In this document: positions 8,742 to 19,917 of the stretch, in pieces
How the letters are laid out: each line of letters starts with the position of its first letter
Numbering within the stretch: the stretch's first letter is position 1
DNA from: Kofleriaceae bacterium
GTDB lineage: Bacteria > Myxococcota_A > Polyangia > Haliangiales > Haliangiaceae
Reading direction: 5' to 3'
DNA length: 33,452 nt
Assembly (NCBI GenBank): GCA_046597055.1
Contig: JBKJLC010000239.1
Location: forward strand, 1-33,452
Notes under the pieces: generated by a model
Seen by the model: only the letters and a program-made list of their open reading frames with translations
What the model was told of the DNA's origin: nothing
Databases searched by the model: none
Made by a program: the position numbers and the translations under genes

Positions 8742-8750
8742 GAGCGCGGG

Positions 8751-9128
8751 TCAGCCGCGGTAGTAGGCGTCGATCAGCAGCGCCGCGCGCGCCGCGAGCT
8801 CACGGAGCTCGTCGCCGGTGAGGACGTAGGTCCGGCGGTAGTGCGCCTCGCCCCGGCGATGGTCGCGATAGAGCGCCCACAGCTCCGTCGTCTCGGGATC
8901 GAGGGCCGGATCCTCGTCCCATGGCTCCGGAAGGTCGTCACGGGTCTCGACCCGCGTCACGGTGCCGAAGGTGTCGAGATGCGCGCCATCACCCTCGGGC
9001 GCGAGGAGCTCGGCGATGTGCGCGCGGTTGACGTTGTTGACGACGAGGTTGAGGACCGTGCCGATGACCTGCTCGGGGTCGTCGCTGACGATGAAGTGCC
9101 CGTGCTCCAGCGTGACGTCGCGGCTCAT
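8751..9128 (-). CDS. Hypothetical acidic protein (125 aa)
   Basis: GC3-rich ORF 18 nt downstream of thiC; has an adjacent paralogue. Confidence 0.8.
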   Translation of the reverse strand: MSRDVTLEHGHFIVSDDPEQVIGTVLNLVVNNVNRAHIAELLAPEGDGAHLDTFGTVTRVETRDDLPEPWDEDPALDPETTELWALYRDHRRGEAHYRRTYVLTGDELRELAARAALLIDAYYRG

Positions 9129-9146
9129 GGCGCAAGCCGCCCGCGG

Positions 9147-10977
<1,831 letters not shown>

Positions 10978-11086
10978 TGTGTCCGGAAGGTTCGGTCGAG
11001 CCGGCACCTTATCGCAGGCGTCCTCGATTGCAACCCTCGCCTCCCCGCTTCGCGGCGCGCACGCGGCTACGCACCTGCGCGCCGCG

Positions 11087-12592
11087 CTACATCGTGTAGG
11101 TCAGCGTGTACGCGCCGCAGGCGCTCTGGTAGCCGTCAACGACCAGCCAGAACAGCCCGGGGCCGGTGACGCTGGCGCCGGTGAAGCTCGACTGCAGCCC
11201 GCTGCCGCATCCGGCCGCGTCGTCGCTGCACGCGAGGTCGGTCCCGCTGCCGGCGGCGTGCAGGTACACCACCGAATCCCAGGTGGTGCCGGCGCAAGTG
11301 TTCGCGCCGACCGTCCGGGTCTCGGACGGACACATGGTGAAGAAGTAGCCCTGGTCGGGCGCGGTGTTGACCCGGCAGCTGCCATCGCTGCGGTCGACCG
11401 CGCCGCAGGTGGTGCCGGTCTGGCTGCCGCTGCCGGCCACGATCGGCGTGCCGGCCCGACCGCCGCGGGTGTAGTGGAGCACCAGCGCGCCGGTGGTGTC
11501 GGCGCTCGAGGATTGATCGACCACCAGGCAGTACGAGCCCGCCGCGAGCTGAGCGGCGAGCTGGCTCTGGACGCCGGCGCAGGCGCCGGCGTCGTCGTCG
11601 CAGCTCGGGGTGCCGCCGCGGGTCGGACACGCGCCGCTGTAGATGCGGAGCACGCTGTTGAAGCTCGAGCCGAAGGTGTCGAAGTAGACCGCCTCGGCGG
11701 CCGGCAGCGTGAACCGGTAGAAGACGTCGCGTCCGCCGGTGCCGCCACAGCTCACCCCGGCGTTGCTGTCGTCGTCGCGCGCCGCCGACAGGTCGACCGT
11801 GAACGTGCCGGCGGCCGAGATGTCGACCGCGCCGGCGGCGGCGTCGTTGATCGGGCAGCTCACGTCGGCGCCGTTGCAGTCCTGATCGACGCCATCGCCA
11901 CAGACCTCGGCGGTCGCGCTGCCGGCGGCGGCGTCGCAGGTCACGCCGGTGCCAGCCGGGTTGCACACGTTCTGGCCGGTGCGGCGGCACTGGCCGACCC
12001 CGACCGCGCAGTCGGCGCCGACCGCGAAGCCGTCGTCGGCCCCGCCCCGACAGTCGTCGTCGGCCCCGTTGCAGGTCTCGACCGTCGAGGTGGTCGCGTC
12101 GCTGCAGACGGCGGTGCCGTCGGCCGCGCACATCATCGTGCCCTCGCTGCAGGCGTCGGTGTCGGCGCCATCGCACGACCCGCCGAGCCCGAGGCCCTCG
12201 TCCATCATCGTGTCGCAGTCGTCATCGGCTCCGTTGCAGGTCTCGACGGCATCGCCGGTGACATCTCCGCAGACCGTGCCGCCCCCGAGCGGGGCGCACA
12301 TCATCATGCCCTCGCGGCACTGGTCGAGATCGGGGCCATCGCACAGCGCGCCGATCCCGAACTCCTCGTCCATGGCGCCGTCGCAGTCGTCGTCGGCGCC
12401 GTTGCAGACCTCGGTTGCCATCACGCAGGCGTCGGGCGCGAGCGCGTCGGGCGCGTCCGTCGGGTCGACCGCGTCGTCGGCGGCGTCGGCCGGGACCTCC
12501 ATCGCGTCGGGAGCGACCAGGTCGGCGTTGGCGCACGCGCTCACCAGCGCGCAACAGATCACGGCCAGGAACAGTACTGCGAGGCCCCTCAT
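11087..12592 (-). CDS. Cys-rich lipoprotein with EVCNGxDDDCDG (MopE-like putative metal-binding) repeats and two C-terminal PPC-like beta domains
   Basis: Lipobox 'LVSAC'; four E(V/T)C(N/G)G..DDDC-type repeats; 'DVFYRFTL...FDTFGSSFNSVLRIY' and 'WDSVVYL...ACSDD...LVVDGY...GAYTL'. Confidence 0.85.
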   Translation of the reverse strand: MRGLAVLFLAVICCALVSACANADLVAPDAMEVPADAADDAVDPTDAPDALAPDACVMATEVCNGADDDCDGAMDEEFGIGALCDGPDLDQCREGMMMCAPLGGGTVCGDVTGDAVETCNGADDDCDTMMDEGLGLGGSCDGADTDACSEGTMMCAADGTAVCSDATTSTVETCNGADDDCRGGADDGFAVGADCAVGVGQCRRTGQNVCNPAGTGVTCDAAAGSATAEVCGDGVDQDCNGADVSCPINDAAAGAVDISAAGTFTVDLSAARDDDSNAGVSCGGTGGRDVFYRFTLPAAEAVYFDTFGSSFNSVLRIYSGACPTRGGTPSCDDDAGACAGVQSQLAAQLAAGSYCLVVDQSSSADTTGALVLHYTRGGRAGTPIVAGSGSQTGTTCGAVDRSDGSCRVNTAPDQGYFFTMCPSETRTVGANTCAGTTWDSVVYLHAAGSGTDLACSDDAAGCGSGLQSSFTGASVTGPGLFWLVVDGYQSACGAYTLTYTM

Positions 12593-12621
12593 CGTGCGCA
12601 TCCATACCAAAGGGCCCGGCA

Positions 12622-12648
12622 GGGGTGGGAGCTAATCGCTCCCGCCCC
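12622..12648 (-). other. Intergenic stem-loop
   Basis: GGGGTGGGAGC-TAATC-GCTCCCGCCCC inverted repeat between two co-oriented genes; no U-tract. Confidence 0.4.
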
Positions 12649-12664
12649 CCCGGAACCTGGCGCG

Positions 12665-15373
12665 CTACCGGGTGGGCAGCGGCACGCTGGGCAGCTTGGT
12701 CTGCCAGGCGCCACGCCCCATGGTCCCGACCGTCAGCGTGCGGTCGCGCGCGTCCCAGTCGAGGTCGAACACCGGCGCGTTCGGCAGGTTCGAGCCGAGC
12801 TCGAACCAGAGGGTGTTGGCGACCGGGCGCCCGAACGCGACCAGGGTCACCGACACGCCGGTGAAGCCGCCGACCATCACGTAGTCGAGGAACGGCGCCA
12901 GCCGGGCGACCACCACGGTGCGCAGGCCGGCGTCGGTCAGGTTGCCGGTGACGTCGAGCCAGCTCGCGCCGGCATCGGTGGTCGCGTAGACGTGGTCGGC
13001 GCCCAGCACGTAGGCGGTCGCCCAGTCAGCCGGCGCCAGCGCGAGGTCGCGGACCTCGCCGCCGGGGAACGGCGTCAGGGTCGGGACCGCCGGGACCCCC
13101 GCGGTGGTCCGCACCAGCACCTGGTTGGCGGCGCCGTACCAGAGGACCTCGGGGTTGGCGACGCCGCGCTTGGTGCCGCCGTACGCGATCGCGTTCTGGA
13201 ACCGCGGCATGCCGGGCCCGACCTTGCCCACCGTGTCGCCCTGATCGGCGCTCTCGAACACGCCGTTGCTGCCGCCGATCACGAGCCGGCGCGGCTCGAT
13301 CACGTTGAGCTCGACCGGGGTGGTGAAGCTGCCGATCAGCTGCTCGCTGCCCTCGACCGGCGACAGCGTCGGCTGGACCTCCTCGACGAAGTTGCCGGTC
13401 GCGTCCCAGATCGACCGCGACGCGATCGCCAGGTTGGGATAGGCGCTGTAGCGGATCGACTGACCACTGGCGGCCAGGGTCACGTCGTCGACCGCGACGT
13501 CGCCGCCGTCGCCCTGGGTGTAGTCGGTCCAGGTCAGGTCGCCCGCCGGCTGCATCGGCGTGCCGACGTCCTGGGCGCCGCCGATCACCGTCTTCGACAC
13601 CCGGTCGTAGGCGACGTTGTGCAGCTCCGTGATCTGCAGATCGCCACACATCGAGATCCAGTCGCCGGTGTTGTCGCGCGGCGAGGTGCGCCGGTAGATG
13701 CCGCCGTCGTCGGTCTCGATCAGGTCACCGGCCGCGTCGAACACCAGCTCGCGTGAGTCGGCGTGCGGTGCGCTGGTCGAGGCGGTGCCACCGCCCGGGA
13801 TCTCGGCGATGTCGTTGCGGTGGGTGAGGTGCTGCCACTGCGCCGACGGCACCAGGCCGGTGCCGTCGACCCGGGCGTCGCCGCGGAAGATCCGGCCCGA
13901 GTAGTTCTCGGCGCCGAGGAAGTTGAGGACCTCGCCCCAGAAGTTGAGATCCTGGCGATCGCCGCCCACGTAGACCACGTCCTTCTGGGTCGGATCGGCC
14001 TGGATCGACAGGTGGATCGAGCCCTGGCCGCCGGGCCGGCGGATGCCGCCGAACGGGCTGGGCGCGCCGCCGTTGGACTTGGCCTTCGGGTTCATGCCGG
14101 TGACCAGGCGCCAGGTGCCGCCGCCGGTGTAGGTGCCCGCGGCGCTCGCCTCGTACAGCGAGAAGTGATCGGCGTCGATCTCGATGACGATGTAGACGCC
14201 GCCGGCCTCGGGCAGCCCGCCGAGATCGCGGACCTCGACCTGCAGGCCGGTGATGAGCCCGTGACCGGGCGAGGTGATCTGGAGCCCCCAGCCGTCGGGC
14301 ACCACGGCCTCGACCGGGAGGAAGCCGCTCTCGGGCGTGAACGGCAGCTCCATCGGGTGCCACGCCGCGCCCTCGCCGGGATCGATGAAGCCGACGTAGC
14401 CGAGCAGGCCGTAGCGGGTGACCGCGACGAACAGCCGGCCGTCGACGCCGACGTCCATCTCGGCGTTGCTCAGGCCGAAATCGGCGAGCAGCCGCGCCAG
14501 CTCGGGATCGGTCGAGCCGATCTCGGTCCAGGTCGCACCGGTGTCGTTGCTGCGGTAGAGGCCGCCCTGGGCGACCACGTACAGCCGCGCCGGGTCGGCT
14601 GGATCGCCGACCAGATCGTAGGTGTCGACGGTCGGGATCGCGGCCACCTGGGTCCAGGTCGCGCCACCGTCGACGCTGCGCATCACGCCGCCCGGATCGA
14701 ACGCGCCCTGCATGCTCGAGGTCGCGACCACCAGCACCTTGCCGCGCGCGGCGACGCCGAGGATCGTGCGACCGGTGACCAGCGGGTCGGTGATGCGCTG
14801 CCAGTCGCGACCGCCGTTGCGGGTCACCAGCACGCCGTCGAGCAGGCCGCTCTGGCCGTAGCTCGACACGTTGCCGAGCCCGGCGACCAGGGTCCGAGCG
14901 TTGCGGTCGGTCGGATCCAGATCGATCGCGCTGACCGACAGCGACGGCAGGTGATCGGTGAGCGGGCGCCAGCTCGGGTTGGCCGCGCGCGCGGTGCTGG
15001 TCTCCCAGATGCCGCCGTTGACGGTGGCGATCCACATGCGGTCGGGGTTGGTCGGGTGCGGGACCGCGACGTGAACCGCGCCGGCGACCCGGTTGTCGGG
15101 CGCCACGTTCTCGGACTGACCGTCACGGATGCCGGCCGGGCCGACCGCCTTCCACAGCGAGCCACCGATCGGCAGGAGCGGCGCCTTCGCCCGCGCCTTC
15201 GTGAACCGCGGATCGCGCTCGATCGAGGCGGTCTCCGTGGGCGGCTCGACGCCGGGGGGGACGGAGATCGACACACCGGCGCCGCGCTCGTCGGCACACC
15301 CGGCGAGGGTGGACGCGAGGATGGAGGCGGACACGGTGGCCCAGAGGGAAGCCGAGACGGTGAGGCGGGACAT
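12665..15373 (-). CDS. BNR/Asp-box (VPS10/GH74-like) beta-propeller lipoprotein with inserted FCCH-like module
   Basis: Lipobox 'STLAGC'; Asp-boxes 'RSVDGGATW', 'RSNDTGATW', 'ESADQGDT', 'TTDAGASW'; 'PHADSR', 'GGAQDVG', 'GDGG', C-terminal 'GTMGRGAW'; GAG RBS before ATG 15373. Confidence 0.85.
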   Translation of the reverse strand: MSRLTVSASLWATVSASILASTLAGCADERGAGVSISVPPGVEPPTETASIERDPRFTKARAKAPLLPIGGSLWKAVGPAGIRDGQSENVAPDNRVAGAVHVAVPHPTNPDRMWIATVNGGIWETSTARAANPSWRPLTDHLPSLSVSAIDLDPTDRNARTLVAGLGNVSSYGQSGLLDGVLVTRNGGRDWQRITDPLVTGRTILGVAARGKVLVVATSSMQGAFDPGGVMRSVDGGATWTQVAAIPTVDTYDLVGDPADPARLYVVAQGGLYRSNDTGATWTEIGSTDPELARLLADFGLSNAEMDVGVDGRLFVAVTRYGLLGYVGFIDPGEGAAWHPMELPFTPESGFLPVEAVVPDGWGLQITSPGHGLITGLQVEVRDLGGLPEAGGVYIVIEIDADHFSLYEASAAGTYTGGGTWRLVTGMNPKAKSNGGAPSPFGGIRRPGGQGSIHLSIQADPTQKDVVYVGGDRQDLNFWGEVLNFLGAENYSGRIFRGDARVDGTGLVPSAQWQHLTHRNDIAEIPGGGTASTSAPHADSRELVFDAAGDLIETDDGGIYRRTSPRDNTGDWISMCGDLQITELHNVAYDRVSKTVIGGAQDVGTPMQPAGDLTWTDYTQGDGGDVAVDDVTLAASGQSIRYSAYPNLAIASRSIWDATGNFVEEVQPTLSPVEGSEQLIGSFTTPVELNVIEPRRLVIGGSNGVFESADQGDTVGKVGPGMPRFQNAIAYGGTKRGVANPEVLWYGAANQVLVRTTAGVPAVPTLTPFPGGEVRDLALAPADWATAYVLGADHVYATTDAGASWLDVTGNLTDAGLRTVVVARLAPFLDYVMVGGFTGVSVTLVAFGRPVANTLWFELGSNLPNAPVFDLDWDARDRTLTVGTMGRGAWQTKLPSVPLPTR

Positions 15374-15536
15374 GAGGCTCCGAGGTGAGTGGGGGTGCCC
15401 CACCCTGCGCGCATCACGCGCGCGGGGCGCACGACAAAGGGCGGCAGACCCCGGCGACAACAGGTCCACGTTGCACGCGGTCACATGGTACGAAGCCAAC
15501 CTTGGTTTCATCAGACGTCTTCGCCCGGAGTGATCG

Positions 15537-16535
15537 ATGACCGACCAGCCCAAGCATCTCAACGTCGTCGGCAATCCGGCGGCCGACCCCGCCCCCCTCG
15601 ACCTGAGCGAGGCCGAGCTCGAAGACGGCATCCGCCGGCTCAAGACCGAGCGCAACGCCGTCATCCTGGCCCACTACTACCAGGAGTCGGAGATCCAGGA
15701 TCTCGCCGATTTCGTCGGTGACTCGTTGCAGCTCTCGCAGGCAGCCGCCAAGACCCAGGCCGACGTGATCGCGTTCTGTGGCGTCCACTTCATGGCGGAG
15801 ACCGCCAAGATCCTCAACCCGAACAAGATCGTGGTCGTGCCCGACCTCGACGCGGGCTGCTCGCTGGCCGACGGCTGCCCGGCGCCCGTGTTCGAGCGCT
15901 GGCTCGCGGGTTACCCCGACCACACCGTCGTCACCTACATCAACTGCTCGGCCGAGGTGAAGGCCCTGTCCGACGTGATCTGCACGTCGTCGAACGCGGT
16001 CAAGATCGTCAAGGCGCTCGGCGATCAGAAGATCGTCTTCGCGCCCGACAAGTACCTCGGCGCCTTCGTGAAGAAGCAGTCGGGCCGCGACGACATCGTG
16101 CTGTGGCAGGGCACCTGCATCGTCCACGAGACCTTCAGCGAGAAGCGCCTGATCGCGCTGATGGTGCAGCATCCGGAGGCCGAGGTCATCGCGCACCCCG
16201 AGTGCCCGCCGACCATCCTCCGCCACGCCGCGCACATCGCGTCGACGTCGGGGCTCATCAGCTACGCGAAGCACAGCCCGAAGCAGCAGTTCATCGTCGC
16301 GACCGAGGCCGGCATCCTCCACAAGATGCAGGCGGAGGCCCCCGGCAAGCTGCTCATCCCGGCGCCGCCCGAGGACGAGAGCTGCGCGTGCAACCTGTGC
16401 CCGTACATGCGCAAGAACACGCTCGAGAAGCTCTACCTGGCGCTGCGCGATCTGCAGCCGCAGGTCGACGTGCCCGAGCCGGTGCGGGTGCGGGCGCTCA
16501 AGCCGATCGAGCGCATGCTGGAGATGAGCATCTGA
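15537..16535 (+). CDS. nadA: Quinolinate synthase A
   Basis: 'ILAHYYQ', 'GDSLQL', '[14 protein letters not shown]', 'AGCSLA', 'YINCS', 'CTSSNA', 'CIVH', 'AHPEC', 'CPYM'. Confidence 0.98.
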   Translation: MTDQPKHLNVVGNPAADPAPLDLSEAELEDGIRRLKTERNAVILAHYYQESEIQDLADFVGDSLQLSQAAAKTQADVIAFCGVHFMAETAKILNPNKIVVVPDLDAGCSLADGCPAPVFERWLAGYPDHTVVTYINCSAEVKALSDVICTSSNAVKIVKALGDQKIVFAPDKYLGAFVKKQSGRDDIVLWQGTCIVHETFSEKRLIALMVQHPEAEVIAHPECPPTILRHAAHIASTSGLISYAKHSPKQQFIVATEAGILHKMQAEAPGKLLIPAPPEDESCACNLCPYMRKNTLEKLYLALRDLQPQVDVPEPVRVRALKPIERMLEMSI

Positions 16536-17362
16536 GGCGCGCGGTGCTCGCCGCCGCGGTCGTTGCCGCCTGTGGGCGGGGCGAGCTGCCGCGCGAGCTG
16601 CCGCCGGTCACCGGCGACGCGGCGCCGGTCGCGCCCGATGCCGGCGGCGCCGACGCGCCGGGCACCGACGCCGCCGAGACCGTCCGGATCCCGGACGACT
16701 CGCACCAGCTGGTCACGGCGGTCGTCGCGGACTGGGACAGCCCCACTGCCGAGCTGCGCCGGTGGCAGCGGGAGCAAGCCGGCGCCCCGTGGCGGCCGGC
16801 CGGCCGCCCGTGGACCGCGGTGATCGGCCAGGGCGCGGCGTGGGGCCAGGGCCTCCACGGCGACGGCGCGCCCGGCCGGCCGGGTCCGCGCAAGCGCGAG
16901 GGCGACCGCCGCAGCCCGGCCGGCCTGTTCACGATCGGGCCGGCGTTCGGCTACGCCGCGGCGCCACCGACGGGCACCCGGGTCGCGTACACCGCGGTCG
17001 ATGCCAGCTGGCAGTGCGTCGACGACCCGGCCTCGGCCCACTACAACCGGGTCCTCGACCAGCGCACCGTCACGCCCGACTGGAGCTCGGCCGAGGCGAT
17101 GCGCCGCCGCGACGCGCTCTACACGTGGGTGGTCGCGATCCGCCACAACCAGGCGGCGACGCCCGGCGGTGGCAGCTGCATCTTCTTGCACGTCTGGCGC
17201 GACGCGGGGCACCCGACCGTCGGCTGCACCGCGATGGCCGAGGCCGACCTGGTGCGCTTGCTCGCCGCGCTCGATCCGGCTGCGCACCCGGTCTTGGCGC
17301 TGTTGCCAGCGGCCGAGTACGCGGCGCTGGCGCCCGCGTGGGGCCTGCCGATCATCCGGTAG
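16532..17362 (+). CDS. L,D-transpeptidase (YkuD-like) lipoprotein
   Basis: Lipobox 'VVAAC'; '[13 protein letters not shown]'; catalytic 'CIFLHVW...PTVGCTAM'. Start CTG 16532 (overlaps nadA stop) or GTG 16544. Confidence 0.85.
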   Translation: MRRAVLAAAVVAACGRGELPRELPPVTGDAAPVAPDAGGADAPGTDAAETVRIPDDSHQLVTAVVADWDSPTAELRRWQREQAGAPWRPAGRPWTAVIGQGAAWGQGLHGDGAPGRPGPRKREGDRRSPAGLFTIGPAFGYAAAPPTGTRVAYTAVDASWQCVDDPASAHYNRVLDQRTVTPDWSSAEAMRRRDALYTWVVAIRHNQAATPGGGSCIFLHVWRDAGHPTVGCTAMAEADLVRLLAALDPAAHPVLALLPAAEYAALAPAWGLPIIR

Positions 17363-17379
17363 CCGCAATCAGCGGCGGA

Positions 17380-17949
17380 TCACGAGCAGGGATCGCCAGC
17401 GACCCGGCCGCCGCCCTCGAGCGGCATGCCGCCCATCGGCCGATCGCGCAGCGCGGCGTTGATCGCTTCGATCCGCGTGTCGCGCGCGTCGCCGAGCTTG
17501 GGCTTGGTGCCGGCGAAGCCGACCGGCACCAGCCGCTTGCAGTCCACGCCGTGCGCGACGAGCCAGCGGGTCACCGCCAGCGCGCGCTGCGCGGTGAGCG
17601 CCTGGCCCCCGTCCAGGTCGCCCGCGCTGGCGACGTGGCCCTCGATGCGCATGGCCGTGATGTACGACTTGTCCTCGAGGTAGGCCTGGATCGTCACCAG
17701 CCCCGCCTCGGCGCCGGCCGCGAGGTCGGCGGTCCCATCGGCGAACGCGATCGGTGACGGCAGCACCAGGCTGTGCCCGTCGAGCTCGCACGAGGTCGGC
17801 CGGGTCACCGCCGGTGCCGCGCCGGCGGGTGCGGCGACCGCCGGCGCGTCGCCGGTCGACACCGGCTCGGGGATCGTCGAGCCCGACGACTGCTTGTCAC
17901 CACAGGCGGCGAGCGCGACCACGATCAGCAACGACCCCAGCTGGTTCAA
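17380..17949 (-). CDS. OmpA-family peptidoglycan-binding lipoprotein
   Basis: Lipobox 'ALAAC'; 'IEGH...LTAQRALAVTRWLVAHGVDCKRLVPVGFAGTKP'; TTG start. Confidence 0.88.
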   Translation of the reverse strand: MNQLGSLLIVVALAACGDKQSSGSTIPEPVSTGDAPAVAAPAGAAPAVTRPTSCELDGHSLVLPSPIAFADGTADLAAGAEAGLVTIQAYLEDKSYITAMRIEGHVASAGDLDGGQALTAQRALAVTRWLVAHGVDCKRLVPVGFAGTKPKLGDARDTRIEAINAALRDRPMGGMPLEGGGRVAGDPCS

Positions 17950-17973
17950 TGCCGATCACCCTAACACGGGCGG

Positions 17974-18675
17974 TCAGTGGCCCTTGCCGTGGCCCTTGCC
18001 GTGGCCCTTGCCATGGCCCTTGCCCTTGCCCTTGCCGTCCTTGCCGTCCTTGCCGTCGCCAGAATCGTACTTCGCATCGAAGCCCCACAGCTCGACCTGC
18101 GACCGGCCGCCGCCCGGCACGTTGCCGTAGCGGAACTCGACCGACTTGATCCACCGAGCCTCGCCGGGGAGGTCGATGACGCGGCTGCGCGAGTCCTCGG
18201 CGAACACCATCCGCACCTCGGGCGACCAGGTGCTGCCGTCGCCGAAGGTGATCACCATGTCGTGGAGCTGGACCGCCGAGTGCTCGACGACGAGCGCGAC
18301 CGCGACGAAGCGGCCGTCCTTCTTGCCGACCTTGATGACGTCACGATCGGCCTTGCTGTCGACCGTGCGCTCGCCGAGCTTGTCCCAGTTGCTGGTCTTG
18401 TCGAACTTGCGGTCCGACTTGTCGTCCCGCTTCTCCTCGTGCTTGTCCGGCATGTGACCGGGCGGGGGCGGCGGTGGGGACGCGACCACCGGCGGCGGGG
18501 TGGACGGGGCCGGCGGCGGCGGGGCCGGCGGCGGCGGCGGGGCCGGCGGCGGCGACTCGATGGGGGCGCTCGACACCGGCGGTCCCGCGGGCTGATACGG
18601 GCGGGCCGGCTGGCTCTGGACGGCACAGGCGGCGAGCAAGGACGAAGCTAGCGCAACGGATATGAGAGTTCGCAT
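17974..18675 (-). CDS. Lipoprotein with Pro-rich linker, DUF2541(YaaI)-like domain and KGH-repeat tail
   Basis: Lipobox 'LLAAC'; 'WDKLGERTV...DRDVIKVG...GRF...MVITFGDG...SRVIDLPG..RWIKSVEFRY'. Confidence 0.8.
   Translation of the reverse strand: MRTLISVALASSLLAACAVQSQPARPYQPAGPPVSSAPIESPPPAPPPPPAPPPPAPSTPPPVVASPPPPPPGHMPDKHEEKRDDKSDRKFDKTSNWDKLGERTVDSKADRDVIKVGKKDGRFVAVALVVEHSAVQLHDMVITFGDGSTWSPEVRMVFAEDSRSRVIDLPGEARWIKSVEFRYGNVPGGGRSQVELWGFDAKYDSGDGKDGKDGKGKGKGHGKGHGKGHGKGH
17977..18060 (-). repeat. 12-bp tandem repeat (GKGH x4) plus GK/GKD repeats
   Basis: gtggcccttgcc x3 + atggcccttgcc, then cttgcc and gtccttgcc units. Confidence 0.9.
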
Positions 18676-18837
18676 TGGTGGAGTGGACGGTACACCCGTG
18701 GTGGGGCTTCAACCGGCGCGACCACTCCCGTCATCTTTCGGTCGGTTCCTGGCACGTGTCATCCAGACGCGAACCCGTCGGCGAGCGGTTCTGCGCGGTT
18801 GTCCGCTGGCCAGACGATTGCTACCCGATTCTCACGC

Positions 18838-19728
18838 ATGCGCCACCTCCCGCTCGCGGTGTCCTTGATCGTCGCCAGCTCGTCCGCCTGTGCGGGGCTG
18901 AACCATGCGCCGCCGGCGGATCCGTCGGCCGAGCTCCGCGGGCACACGCGCGAGGGTGTGGCCCCGGCCACGCTGCGTGTGGTCACCTTCAACGTGCACG
19001 ATCAGGCCGGTGACCTGATCGCGCAGGCGCTGCAGGGCAGCGACGCGCTGGCCGACGCCGACGTGGTGCTGCTGCAGGAGGTGCGCGAGCACCGCGGCTG
19101 CAGCGCGGCGTGCGCGGCCGCCGATCGGCTGGGCATGACCTCGATCTATGCGCCCGGCCATGCGGAGGGCCCTGGCACCGAGGGCGTCGCGATCCTGTCG
19201 CGCTGGCCGGTGCGCGACCTCGAGATCATCGAGCTGCCGCGCGAGCGCGTGGTGTGGAATTCGGCGCGCCGGGCAGCGGTGGCGGCGACCATCGACACCG
19301 CGGCCGGGCCGCTGCGCGTCTTCGCGGTCCACCTCGACAACCGGCTCAACCCGGCCGCGCGGATCCGCCAGCTCGCGCCGGTACTCGCGCGCGCGGCCAG
19401 CCACGATGGCGCCGTGCTGGTCGGCGGCGACGTCAACACCAACCCGTTCGTCTGGATCGGACACGTGGTGCCGGTCCCCGCCGGCATCCAGCACCGCCGG
19501 CTGGAGCACGCGGTGCGCGCAGCCGGGCTCGACACACCGGTCGCCGGCAGCGGCGCGACCCACCAGTGGCTGCAGATGCGGCTCGACGCGATCTACACGC
19601 GCGGCCTGCGGGTGCCTCGGTTCGGCGTCGACGCGGCGGTGCGCATCTCCGATCACCTACCGCTCTGGGCCGAGATCGAGGTCCGCGACCCCGGTGGGGT
19701 CGGTCCCGGCGTCGCGCTCGCGCGCTGA
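18838..19728 (+). CDS. Endonuclease/exonuclease/phosphatase (EEP) family exported protein
   Basis: 'LRVVTFNV', 'DVVLLQEV', 'AILSRWP', 'VHLD', 'VGGDVNT', 'RLDAIY', 'SDHLPL'; N-terminal signal with Cys. Confidence 0.9.
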   Translation: MRHLPLAVSLIVASSSACAGLNHAPPADPSAELRGHTREGVAPATLRVVTFNVHDQAGDLIAQALQGSDALADADVVLLQEVREHRGCSAACAAADRLGMTSIYAPGHAEGPGTEGVAILSRWPVRDLEIIELPRERVVWNSARRAAVAATIDTAAGPLRVFAVHLDNRLNPAARIRQLAPVLARAASHDGAVLVGGDVNTNPFVWIGHVVPVPAGIQHRRLEHAVRAAGLDTPVAGSGATHQWLQMRLDAIYTRGLRVPRFGVDAAVRISDHLPLWAEIEVRDPGGVGPGVALAR

Positions 19729-19752
19729 CGTCGGCAGCCCACGACGATCCGC

Positions 19753-19917
19753 ATGGAGACGTTCGAGAACGCGAGGTCGAGTCGATGGCGCACGGGATCG
19801 GCAAGCCGACCCAGGAAGGCGCCATCACCAAGGGCATCGAGGACCTGACGGCACGGCTGCCGTCGAGCACGTGGCTCACCGTCGCCGGCGTGGCGATGGT
19901 GGGCTCGCTGGCGCTCA
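19753..19917 (+). pseudogene. Truncated small membrane protein remnant
   Basis: 'MAHGIGKPTQEGAITKGIEDLTARLPSSTWLTVAGVAMVGSLAL' (from 19785) resembles the N-terminal half of a common small membrane protein family; lacks the second helix and runs into the convergent gene's stop; 'METFEN' at 19753 is one base out of frame. Confidence 0.55.

Noticed and set aside
15374..15664. N-terminal extensions from the ORF track (15664; likewise 22026, 5945, 28330, 32021, 3585, 16103)
   Set aside because: They overlap other genes or promoters; downstream starts give proper signal peptides or coupled starts.
17977..18060. Short direct repeats as a CRISPR array
   Set aside because: No spacers, in-frame coding repeats, no cas genes.
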